Source of the DNA: Ascidiella aspersa
Lineage: Eukaryota
NCBI GenBank assembly: GCA_963924565.1
Contig: OZ004610.1
Coordinates: 2,418,001 to 2,482,000 of the forward strand
Direction of reading: 5' to 3'
Length of the DNA: 64,000 nt
Part shown: positions 51,373-62,476 of the stretch, piece by piece
Layout: every line of letters begins with the position of its first letter
How positions within the stretch are numbered: the stretch's first letter is position 1
The notes under the pieces: generated by a model
The model's input: the letters and a program-made list of their open reading frames with translations, nothing else
What the model was told of the DNA's origin: nothing
Database searches by the model: none
Position numbers and translations under genes: made by a program

Positions 51373-53045
51373 TAATTTTGAAAGAGTTGTCTAAAAACAA
51401 CATGTGGTTTTACAAAGACGAATTTTTGTTTGGTGTAAAGCCACTTTTTACGTGTTCTAATAACGAAAAACTGATATGCAATTTTCAAATATCGAAGGTT
51501 AATTATCTAATGCGTATATAATTTCTTAGAGTTTAATCCTTGGTTTGTGTTTTTTTCCCCTTGGGTCGCATCCACATGACGATATACTTTTTTAAACTTT
51601 CCTTAATATGTACCGAAATTCATTTGCTATTTTCAAGTGGTCCAAGATATTTCGAGGATCCTTGGCAATTTTAGGAAGTTCTTTGCTTGTATAGCAAGTC
51701 TGTTTCGATTTTCGACTATCGCAAATGTACGTGCCCTTTATCATTTACCGTTTTCTCTATTTTCCCTGGCCATTACTAAATAACGAAAAGGGCTTAGATA
51801 ATAATCTATTTAAGAAACGTCTACATTGAGATGACAACTTTGTATAACATTTTTTATAATAAAAGGCCAGGCTGCATAATAATTAATCATCCAACCCATG
51901 AATGAGAAAATGCGACATTTACCACGTCTCTCTAATTGTCCTGCCAATTACCAAATACCCAACACAGGCTTGGGTTAATTTCAATTTTAACAGGCTATTT
52001 CAGAAACGTCTACATTGAAATAACAACTTTATTTCACATTTTCTCGCATAAGGAAGTCAGAGCTAATCCCTCAGACCCATGAATGAAAAATGAACACCAC
52101 AATTACCTTGTCTCTTTGTTTGTCTTCGCCATAAAAAGCAAACGCTAAAACCTACCGCATATCATTTCGTTGCCGGTTCTACGGAAGACCTGCCTCTATT
52201 TACTAAACACTCAATTGTGACGTAACCATAGTGTGCGCCCCTCCCCCTAATTCTCGACAATCGCCCGCGTTTGGCGCGCGCGCGTATTACGTCACAATGG
52301 AAGGCACTTATGTGCATTCCGTCGGTGCGTTAAGTGACATTGGAGGTCCACTCGAGAACATTACGTAATGCTATAGTTGGCAAATCACGATGGTAAGTCG
52401 AGATTGCGGGGAGGTTTTGCTCGAATTTCTTGCCCCCTCTCTTTTTTGTGGTTGTAACTGAAGCGTGACTTCCTGACGCCGTGTGTACTCTACGTTCTGG
52501 CGTCTTGTTTCGTAAATTTAATTTCGTTTTTTTTTTTATTATTTAATCTAATTTTACCCGAAAAGCTACTTAGGATTTTAAAAGTCGCAACCAAAGTATA
52601 AAATTATGCTTTTAGCATTTTACAAAAGTCCGTCCACTATGACGTAACAGTTGTTCAACAATACCATATAAGGTGTGACGTCACTGACCGCCAATTTCCT
52701 TTGGTTTGTTGCCAAATCACGGTCGAAGTTGTCTCACCTGAAGGGTAAAATTACAGAGTCATTTTCGGTCAATTTGCACGAAGAAATATATTGCAACAAA
52801 ACAATCGATTGTTCTGCCAAATATATTTTTTCTTCGGTTTTACATAAACAAATAATATAGTAGGACGTAAAGCAATTGTCGAATTGATATACTGTATATA
52901 TGTATGATATTTTTGTCTTCTGCCCCATTTTCACCATAAACAATTGTTGGAAAATGTTCACTAGACAATCCAGATTTATTCGAAAACTCCACAACATGTT
53001 ACGTATAATTCTTATGTAGAAGTAAACAATGGTAAAAATGACCAT

Positions 53046-53139
53046 GGTGAAAATGTATAAAGAGTTATTTGAAACGCACGAAATGTGGGCTTTGATATTC
53101 TTACTACATCTAACTAAAACCTCCAACCATTATGCTCCT
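53046..53139 (+). mobile_element. Hammerhead mini-element, internally deleted copy
   Basis: gtgaaaatgtataaagagttatttgaaacgc...tgggctttgatattcttactacatctaactaaaacctccaaccattatgctcc. Confidence 0.65.
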
Positions 53140-54069
53140 AAACGTAAAATTCTGTTTAAGCAAAATATACCGTTCAAGTGTATACCAAAAGTAATCCTTC
53201 TTAAGTAAAGCCTAAAGTAATACTTCGTAAAAAAGAAAACTTTTTTAACCTCTTTTGAAGATTCGTTGTTAAACCTAAATAAAGCAATCGAGTCGAAATG
53301 TGTCAAAATTTCTGGGAAACTAGCAACAACGGCGCCGCACAAACTCACAAACAAGTTGTTTCACAAACATCATTGTCTGCATTTTATTTACGACGACCCT
53401 CTCCAGTTGCCCATAGGCCAAGTTCATTTTCATCTAAAAGCGAAAAAAAAATAGCTTACCGGAAAAAACAGGGGCTATCGAGTGAATTTCTTTGTGTGAG
53501 AAACGTCTCGCGTCTCACAACGGTTCGTGTAGTGGCCGCATTTCGAGTGGCCCCTCTATTGTCCCTCGCCAAAGGGCGTACATCCTACCCTCAAGGGCTT
53601 TCTTCGCGCTTCGCCGATCAAGCGTCGAAACTAGCTTGTCGAAACGAATAGCACTTGTCGCTAAACTGGCCATTTCGTTTTTTTTAAGTTTGTTCTATCG
53701 GTTTTGCTGAAGCCGTATCCCAAGCGCTCTTTTTTCAGTTCTTGGCTCCTTAGGTGACCTCTTAAACCCCATACCCCCATCCACTGCTGGTCTTTATAAA
53801 AAGTCAAATCTATTTTGTTCCATTTTGTTTTGTTTATTTTTTGAGCGAGTTATTTTCGGTTTGGCTGTACCCGGTGTATACCAAGTGTCCCTTTTTCAGT
53901 TCTCGACCCCCTTAGGCGACCCCTTGACACATACCCAACCCCCTGCCTCTGGTCATTATGAAAAAACTTAATCCACTGTTAAACACTTTTTTATTTTATA
54001 ATTCCGTTTTTATCTCTAAGATTTGTGCTTTTTTGAAGAGCAGGGTCTTAGAAAACACAAATGTGCTTA

Positions 54070-54202
54070 ATAAGAATATCAAAGCCCATACAGAAGTAGG
54101 TATCATTTTGGACGTTTCGAATAACTCTTTATTCATTTTCAACATGATGTTGCTTCTGTATGGGCTTTGATACTCTTATACGTCTTACTACAACCTCCAA
54201 CT
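54070..54202. mobile_element. Hammerhead mini-element, fold-back copy with 13-bp TSD
   Basis: Direct repeat acaaatgtgctta at 54057-54069 and 54203-54215. The host repeat has an empty-site relative near 36545-36632. Confidence 0.75.
54104..54146 (-). ncRNA. Minimal type-I hammerhead ribozyme motif (U3-A8 variant), best-preserved copy
   Basis: Minus strand UUGAAAA-U-GAAUAA-agag-UUAUUC-GAAAC-GUC-CAAAAUG: core box, 6-bp helix II, GAAA box, palindromic loopless helix III and GUC triplet. Helix I is weak in this copy. Confidence 0.55.
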
Positions 54203-54711
54203 ACAAATGTGCTTATTTCTGGGAAACGTGCTTGAGTTGTGTGCTTAGTTTGTCGTAACTAAAACAATTGTCTTTTAACTTAAACAATTGGTAATAAGTG
54301 AACTACGATGTCATCGCAAAGCAGCGTGCTTCGTTTTTGGTCTTAGCAGATGGCAAGCCTGATGTTACATGTGGTTCGTTTTCGCCCAATGAACAAACCG
54401 AATCAAGCAGTGGTTTTTACGCCTAATGGCATCTCATTAAGAGGCCCTCAAAACACATTCGACCGTATTTCCAGAAAAACACAATTGTGTTCAAAAGAAT
54501 CCATTGTTTAATCTCAACCTCTTTCAGAGTTGGCGTTTAGGATTAGTGATCCGTAAACGTATTTGTGGTTGTTTATGGCGATGATTAACTAACGGAAACG
54601 GAACGAAGCGAGGCGAAACTTGCGGAAACGGAGAGATCACTCGCGTGGTTTCCTTTATTTCCGTACACTTTCCGTTCAAACTTTTTAATAAACGCACAGT
54701 TATATCTTCTT

Positions 54712-54859
54712 TGGAGCATAATGGTTGGAGGTTGCAGTAAGACGTAATAAAAATATCAAAGCCCATACAGAGGTAGGTGTTATTTTGTTAAAAATGAATA
54801 AAGAGTTATTCGAAACGTTCAAAATGATACCTACTTCTGTATGGGCTTTGAAGTTCTTA
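54712..54859. mobile_element. Hammerhead mini-element, fold-back copy with 12-bp TSD
   Basis: Direct repeat ttatatcttctt at 54700-54711 and 54860-54871. Inversion junction at 54787/54788. Confidence 0.75.
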
Positions 54860-56295
54860 TTATATCTTCTTAGTATGTGTTTCCAAAACAGAATATTGCC
54901 GCCCTCCAACAGAACACAAAACACCGACCATAAAAGCTGTAAAAGTGTTTAGTAGCTTGAGAAGCGCACCGCTTCGAACAACGATCAGTCAGCTAGGTCT
55001 AGAACTTTTAATATAAATATGCATTTTGTCATATAAATAAATGGCATTTTCAAGCTACAGTTATATCTTGTAACAAATGAACAAATCATATCTCAATCGG
55101 TTTGTGGGATAATCTAGGTTTGGTAACACGATAACATTTTTGTGCACTGCAGCTAGAGTTTGCGATTAAACTTAGCGATCTTTAACTTTAAACTTAAATT
55201 TTAATTAAAAAAATAAAATTTGAAAAAAAGAAATTTTTTTTAGAAAATTAACTATGAATTAAAGAAAGCTGAACACGCTAAAGCAGATTTAGTCTTGTAA
55301 ATTGTAGAATATTACCTTCGTTAACTTTGCTGACATATTTGGTTTCGTTTCAGATTGCGAAACTTTTTGCCCGAAATATCCGGTATCTGTATCGGGTTAA
55401 TTTTGTTATTTAAGTACAAAAGTATTTTGTCGTTACACTAACCATTTTCTCACGATTTAAACTATCATCGTCATAAAAAATCTCTAAAACGCGTTTAATC
55501 AATGATTCACCCCCAAAAAATCGTCTGTGCGTGGTTTCACATCTTTTCTGGATCCTGTAATCATTCAGTTTCGCAATTCGCAAAGGCAGCGTGAGAAAAA
55601 TGTGTTTGTTTGTCATGGAGAAATAGCTGTCTCCCGAATGGAGGGGGGCGGGGGTAATCAAATTATCAAATTCCTGAACTTGTACTCCACGCCAAGTCGC
55701 GTATATCCGCTTACCCATGGGTCCCCTGGGGTGCTGGAGTTGGGGTGAGTCACTAGCGGTTGGGTAAAATGGCGAATTTTAAAGTGTCAGTTTTCGTTTT
55801 TTCATCGCAGTAGAAAATCCCTCTTTTCCGTTCTTACCGAGTCGATTGCAAACAAATCAAATTTGTGAAAACATCCTGCGCGTGAATGACCGGTTTGTCA
55901 TTCAAGTGTAGGCTTGGCTTGCAAGCATTTCGTCATTGCTTTTATTATTAGATCATGGTTGCGAGTAAGAAAAGCGATATTTTTGGCTTTTTGTGCGATT
56001 TTGGTTTTTTTTATCTGCGTGGAACAGCGGAATAAAAATGCGCGTCGTTTTAATTTTCCAAGGGCTTTACATAATTGATCTAATTCGTATCTAAACTCAA
56101 CTATGTGGTATTAAAATACTTGCAAATACGATAATGTACACTCGAAATAATAGTTGCGAAGAACTATAGTGCAGTGTGTAATTTTGATTTTCTTTTACAA
56201 ACAAACAAATAAATAAATAAAACTAAAATTTACGCCCCTTTCTGCGTCGCAAATCCCAGACATTTTCTGAAGGCGTCGCAAAACAAAATAAAAAA

Positions 56296-56401
56296 GCATA
56301 ATGTTTGAAAGTTGTAGTAAGATGTATTAAGAATATCAAAGCCCATACAGAAGTAGGTAGCATTTTGAACCTTTCGAATAACTCTTTATTCATTTTCAAC
56401 A
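56296..56401 (-). mobile_element. Hammerhead mini-element, unit-length copy ~70 nt upstream of ADAMTS exon 5
   Basis: Near-consensus gcataatg...gttgtagtaagatg...aaagcccatacagaagtaggtagcattttgaac...cattttcaaca. Confidence 0.7.
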
Positions 56402-56473
56402 TAGTGAGGAGGCACTTCTCATTATTCGAAAATAAAGAAGTTTCACTCTTCTAACTTTCCCTTCACTTCTCAG

Positions 56474-56563
56474 GTGAACCACGTGTACCGCGACCCAAGT
56501 GTGGAGAATCTCATCAACATTGTCCTTGTCAAGTTGGTCGTCGTCGGAAACTCGCAAGTCCAG
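56474..56563 (+). CDS. ADAMTS9: ADAMTS9/20-like protease, coding exon 5 (M12B domain; missing from the ORF track). The gene continues beyond the window.
   Basis: Branch-like ttctaac, polypyrimidine tract and cag. Encodes VNHVYRDPSVENLINIVLVKLVVVGNSQVQ, matching the ADAMTS V..IY.DPSIGN.INIV.V.L motif. Donor CAG|GTGCGT. 90 nt, phase 0-0. Confidence 0.92.
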
Positions 56564-59500
56564 GTGCGTTTCAAACCAAGCCTTATCGCTAAATTAAGTG
56601 TTTTTAGGCGTTTAGAACAGAAAGGCTGCTAAGGCTGGGAGATTAATTCTGATTCATATTGCCACATTCATTCTCACAACTTGATCGATTTGACTTTTTT
56701 GTTTAGTCAGAGCGTTTTTAGACCAAGGTAATTATTTTTTCTTTATCACAACGTTTTAGGTTAAAACTGGGAGATTAATGCTACTTTGTCACACTAATTT
56801 TAAAAATTTGATCGACTTAACTTTTAATCCATTAATTATCACAACTTTTTTAAGCCTATAGTAAAAGTTTAAAAAATTGTGATTTAAAGTTTTTAGCTGA
56901 AAAACGTACATCTGGTCAAAAACTTGAAATTCTTATTTCCGGCTAAATTTTGTTGTCCTCGTGTTTATAAGCCCCGTTGGTGCATGTAAGCATTTGTGAT
57001 AAACAAAATCTTGAATTTCTTTTTAAACAACACTTTGGTGCAAAACTGAAAAGCGAGATTTTAACGGTTTTTAGTTGACCAGGTCTGTGTTGTGAATGAG
57101 GCAAACTGTTTCGACAAACAAATACAATCTTGTTGTTTGCGCACAGATCGCAAATTTGGCGCAAATGGATTGCAAATAATAAAAAATAACAAGCCACACT
57201 TTTCGTGCGAAATTCGAACGACGTTGAAAAGTTCTCCAGCACTTACAGTACAATTTCTAGTCAGTTAGTTTAATCCCGTAACTGACGAACAATAATTTTC
57301 GCTTTTTTCTGTCAAAACTTGATAAAATCATTTCAGATAACTCGTTTACCGGCTGCATTGGGTTATTAAATTCAAACGACGCACTTCCGCATGTTTTCGA
57401 ACGTCCGAATAATGGCTCACTGTTACGTCAACAAACAATATATTTCCCCGTTAAATTTTGGCCGCTCGCTGTAAAACTAACGAGTTTGCAAAGTTTGGCG
57501 ACCCTCGAATGTTGTCCGCGTATCCATAACACACCAGGGTCGAAAGTCCGGCGAAGTTTGTTCGACAGAAATGCAATTAAATCGTCATTTTATGTAGTAC
57601 ACTGCGAATTGCTGATTGATTTCATCATAAAGTGCTTTACAAGGCTGTAAAACAAACATCAAAGCCCGTTTTTAGTTCTTGCGGTTCTTTTGGATCCCAT
57701 ACAGCTATAGAAATTTAACGACAAACCTCAAAGTTTAAAAACCCGAATTAAACCAGGATCTGAAATGTTTAAAGGAATATATACTTCGCCTATACTGGCA
57801 TCACCAGTTTCTATAAGTAAAGTAAAATACATAAACTTGGCAAAGTAATAATCAAATTAATAAAAAAGTAAAAAACACATGAAAGCAGTATACATAAATG
57901 AAAAGTTTAAAAAAGAAAAGAAGACATTAGACTGTCAGAAGAAAACTATGGCTTATCGACAAGCAGAAACCTCCTGCCAATGATTTTTGGATTCCATGTA
58001 GATTGTAGTTTATAGAATACAATTTGATTGGTTCTATATCTAAGTTGGGGCACAAAGTTCATTTTTTGCAACTCGTGCAAATCTTCTCACGCCTAAGCTG
58101 CTCTCAGCAGGTCCCAAGGTCAAATATGCGCGGTTTGACCTTGTGCGCATTGCGCCACCACGCGATGGGAATTAGCCAACATAATCGGGTGAGAGCCACT
58201 CAAACATTTGTTTCCAAAGTGTAAGGTGCCCTAGAAAGCTCAAAAGTTAAGTAACCAAGCCACTTAAAGGTTTATAGCGACAGTCCAAATCCGATAGTCG
58301 GGCTTTGACACTTTTCTGTTGCTTATAAGGTTTTAGGTTATTTGGCAATTAAGTGCCTGTGACCGAATTCGAGCTGCTGGCAGTTTTACTTAATATCGTA
58401 TATAAGGGGCTGTCGTGAAATTTTGGACCCTCTGGGTAATGTGAAACCAATAATGGCTCGGCACTTATAATTTCTCGTTTACTTTTTGGTAATTCTAGGA
58501 AAGCTGTTGGAGATATAGGCTACTGTTTGCAGGCCTTTTGCTGCAGTCTATTTGAATTAAAACACTTAAATTACCGTAATAAAATAAAATAACGATTTCA
58601 CAGTTAACAAATGCAATATTGTGGCAAGCAAACAGTCACTAGAATAATACTAAACACAGTAGCGTGAGTAAAGTTTTTTTTCATGTTTGGAGTAAAGCAA
58701 TAAGGTTAGGCGAAAAATGAATATTTTCTGTAAACTCAGAAAACGGTTCCCTATACAGTAACGTTGATTTGGTGCAAACAAGACAGCACCTGCGTCTACT
58801 ACAACAAGTTAAAACGGAGTTTGTTCTGCTAATTCAATCTCGAAATTATCGAAACGACTGTGTTTGCACTTGTCTCAAAAAAACGGCCATTTTTGAGAAA
58901 CAAATCAGAAAAAAGGGCGTAAAAATCGCACGAAACGCAATAGGGTCGCCCATTTTCTTTCTTTGTTTTCTGTAAAAAAAAAGCAGTTGAACTATAATAT
59001 CGTCAATCTTGCCAATTAGCGCGCGGGTGAACACAGTTTGCCACCACACGAAATCGCGAAATCTAATTACGTTGAATCAAGAGCTGTCGGGGGATTAGCC
59101 CCTGGCGTGTGTACCCCCACCTCACCCCCCTAAAAACTCCAAAGGCCCCTTGAACGTGGTAAGACGACCCAGTCTCGCCAAGTGTCGTCTGGTCTGGGGT
59201 AGATAACGTCCAATGTTCCCACGGATTGCCAGGGATCTCTTTAAAATGCCTCTGTGTGGGGAAACGCTGGTATGGCATTGTCCCCGTCACTATGCTGCTG
59301 TTGTTACGTCACAGTGGACTGTGCGTCGTTTGAAATCAAAAGGCTGCTGTAGGACTTCATCGAAACAGTTTTATGTTTTGTCAAACGCGTTATTGAGTAA
59401 TTCTTTTAAATGGAATGCAACCGCATTTTTGCCAGAATGCAAAAGACAATCTGAGCACAAAAAGTACAATTTAAGATCTAATAAATGTCTTTTGATTTGC

Positions 59501-61373
59501 GCTGGGCTTGTAGCTTTAAACTTGTTTTAAAGTTAGGCTTGATAATGACAAAATCGCTAATTGTTTGTAATCCTCCAATTTTGGTTCATTATAATTGTAG
59601 TATAAGTCGAAATACAAATGCCAGGGATGCCCTAAACACCTTTAAAATTTACCAAAAAAATGTAGATTACCTATTTAGCATAAATCGGTAGAAAAACAAC
59701 AGACCAAATTTTTGCACAAAAACTAAAATTTTATACAATAAAACAGGGCAATATTCTGCAGAAAACTGGACAGTTTTGAGTTTAAAAAATTGGCCTTTTT
59801 GCGTAAAAATTCATGTCTGTTTAGAAAATACCCTCCCTGTTGCTTTTAGCCCATTTTCTCAAGATAGAGACGACCCATAAAAGCGTCGTATCCTTTCCCA
59901 GACCAAGGCCGTCTGCGGTTTTAAACCCTCAGCTTATTTGGAAGCATATCCTTCCACACTGGACGTTCTTCCCTTGACTCTCCTCTCGCATTGGACGTAA
60001 AAGCGTGGTGTGGCGCCGAGAGATTTTTGGGAAAAGTTCGATTAAGGTTAATGGCCCCTACAAAGTGTGGGTTCAATCCGTCATCACGCCTGATGCTCGT
60101 TTATCTTCGTCAAATAGCAAAGTAAACGCCGGCCGCAAAGTGCAAGTCTCCTAAACAATAAACTTGACCAGAGTCTCTCGTCAAATTTTAAACCTTGTTG
60201 AAAAAATGTTATGAATTTAACGAAAAAAAAATTTCGTTATTTTTTTTGAGTAGTTGAAAATAAGTAAAATATCTTTAAAATTATAAGTTTTGCGAACGTT
60301 TTCAGTGACATCACTATAAAAACAAACCTCGAACACTATAAACTAAAACCATATTTTGAAACAAAAACTGACATTTACCATACGGACAGCTTTATCAGCT
60401 CAAAAAAATCACCTAAGTTAACAATTTTTTCAAAGCTTTGTTCTTAAATTAGAACTTAGGCTATTACTTCGACATACAGTGAATCAGTCAAGGTATAACA
60501 GAATAGCCCATGTTGTGTAACTAAACTGCCAAATTAATGGCGTTTAACGAACAAAATATAAAATTCCATATTTCCTTATAAGGAGGCATACCATATGAAA
60601 GCATAGGTATGAAAATCGCCCGCAAATAGCTATGCCAATATTTGAGCGCGCATCGGTTCCCGTCATACTCGCATTACGCGGCCGAGTTCGCGGGTAACTC
60701 GACACCAACCCGCAAATTAAAAACTCATCTCTGTGACCGCGAGGTGTCAAATAATTGCTCGTTCATATTGGCTCGAGACTTCGAGTTTCAATTCCAAGCC
60801 ATTCGTCATTTTACACACGTGCTGCAAACGGCGCTCTTTGGTAAATTATGACAAGCTGTCCTAATGTGCGTGTCTGCTGAAATTGACCCGAAAATTGACA
60901 AACAAAAGTCGAGCTTGATTAAATCAGCGCTTTTTGCTTTCAGTTTTAAAAGAGAAAATTTCGGGTCGACTCACTTAGCCACTGTGCACCGTACGCGGCG
61001 CTTTTTGTGGCGCGTTAATAGACTGGGCGACTTTAAAAACACCTTCACTTGACAGGTTATGTTGTTTGGGCGCCAATTTATTGTGCAAACAACATCTGCG
61101 AAGTGTATTTTCCCAGGAATATTTTCCAATTTTTTTCTGCTTGGTTTTCAATTTTAATTAACGCGGAATGACACTTTGGTTTGTGGGGCGATTGTAAAGC
61201 CTTCTTTTTAATAACACGCATTTTAATAAATTTTTACACCCTGTATTTACGGCGATGATCGGTGTTAAAACAACATAATGGCCGCTAAAATTTCTTAACA
61301 GCAAAAATACCGATTTGTGATTGTGAGTTAAAAAACGTATAAAATAAGAACCTAAGTGAACGTTCATAAAGAA

Positions 61374-61448
61374 TGGAGGTTAGAGTTAGACGTTGAATGA
61401 ATATGAAAGCCCATATACAGAAGAAGGTAGCATTTTTGGACGTTACGA
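61374..61448 (-). mobile_element. Hammerhead mini-element, truncated copy
   Basis: tggaggttagagttagacg...gaatatgaaagcccatatacagaagaaggtagcatttttggacgttacga. Confidence 0.6.
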
Positions 61449-61945
61449 AAATATTTATTAAAAAAATTGGTGGAGGTTCTCGTTTGACGTAGAATGCCCG
61501 TCAAAGTCAATAAAGAAACTAGGGACTTTAATATCTACGTCATGCCACAATTAATTTATCGTGTTGTTTTCAGTGGTTTGTTTTGTGACGAAACACTTTT
61601 CCCAGTTTCTAACCTTCAAATGACCTTTCTCCCACTTTACCCACAACTTTGCAACAGCTTCAGTATAGGAAAGGCCAATAGCAGTAGGTTTGTGTACATT
61701 AAGGCTTACACTTCCCCCTGCGTAGTTTACCCATAAACTTCGCTATGTTTGTCTTCCGACATAAGCTAACGTCGCAATTGCCTTTCCGTCCCAAACATAC
61801 GTCACCGCGTTTTATCGACGAAAGAGCGAGCGAGCGCGTGTACCCAGTGACGTAGTATTATGGCATTATTGCGTCACACAAAAGCGACAAGCAAGCGGCG
61901 GAATCGATTCGCGCCAAATTATGATCTCGGTCGAGTGCGGAAAGC

Positions 61946-62476
61946 ACTTGTAGTAATGACTTAAGTTATTGACTTGAATGCACTTAAGTCGTTGTTTTTA
62001 AATAACGTTACTTGGCTTGAGCCGTTTCAGCAAAATTACTTGAATTAAGTCAAGTATTTGGGATAAATCACTTAACTTGGACTTGAGTAGTGGAGAAAGC
62101 ACTTGTTGTAATGACTTCACTTAACTTGTCGCCGTTTTTACTTAACCTTAAGTCTTTTGATTATTTGACTTAATTGATAAGTCTTTCGGATGAATCACTT
62201 GACTTGGATTTGAGTAATGGAAAAAACTAAAAAAAAATTTGACTTTAGCTTTCATTAAACATTTTTCGGTAAAATTTGCTTATCTTTACCCAAATTTTTT
62301 ATTGTAAAACAGTTTGCTCTCTAAATGCTGTAGCTTTGTTGTTTGCTGATCACAACATCCAAATCTAAATAGTTTAAGGTTTTATTTTGATGCAAACCAC
62401 CTGAATCGGTCTTCAGTTATTTTGCAAAAGACTTGACTTGGACTTCAGTCATTTAAAAATAGATTTTACAACACTG
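61946..62476. mobile_element. GACTT-array MITE copies with internal tandem duplication
   Basis: Two gaaagcacttgt(a/t)gtaatgactt...cacttaacttggacttgagta blocks. Distal end ttttacaacactg. Confidence 0.6.
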
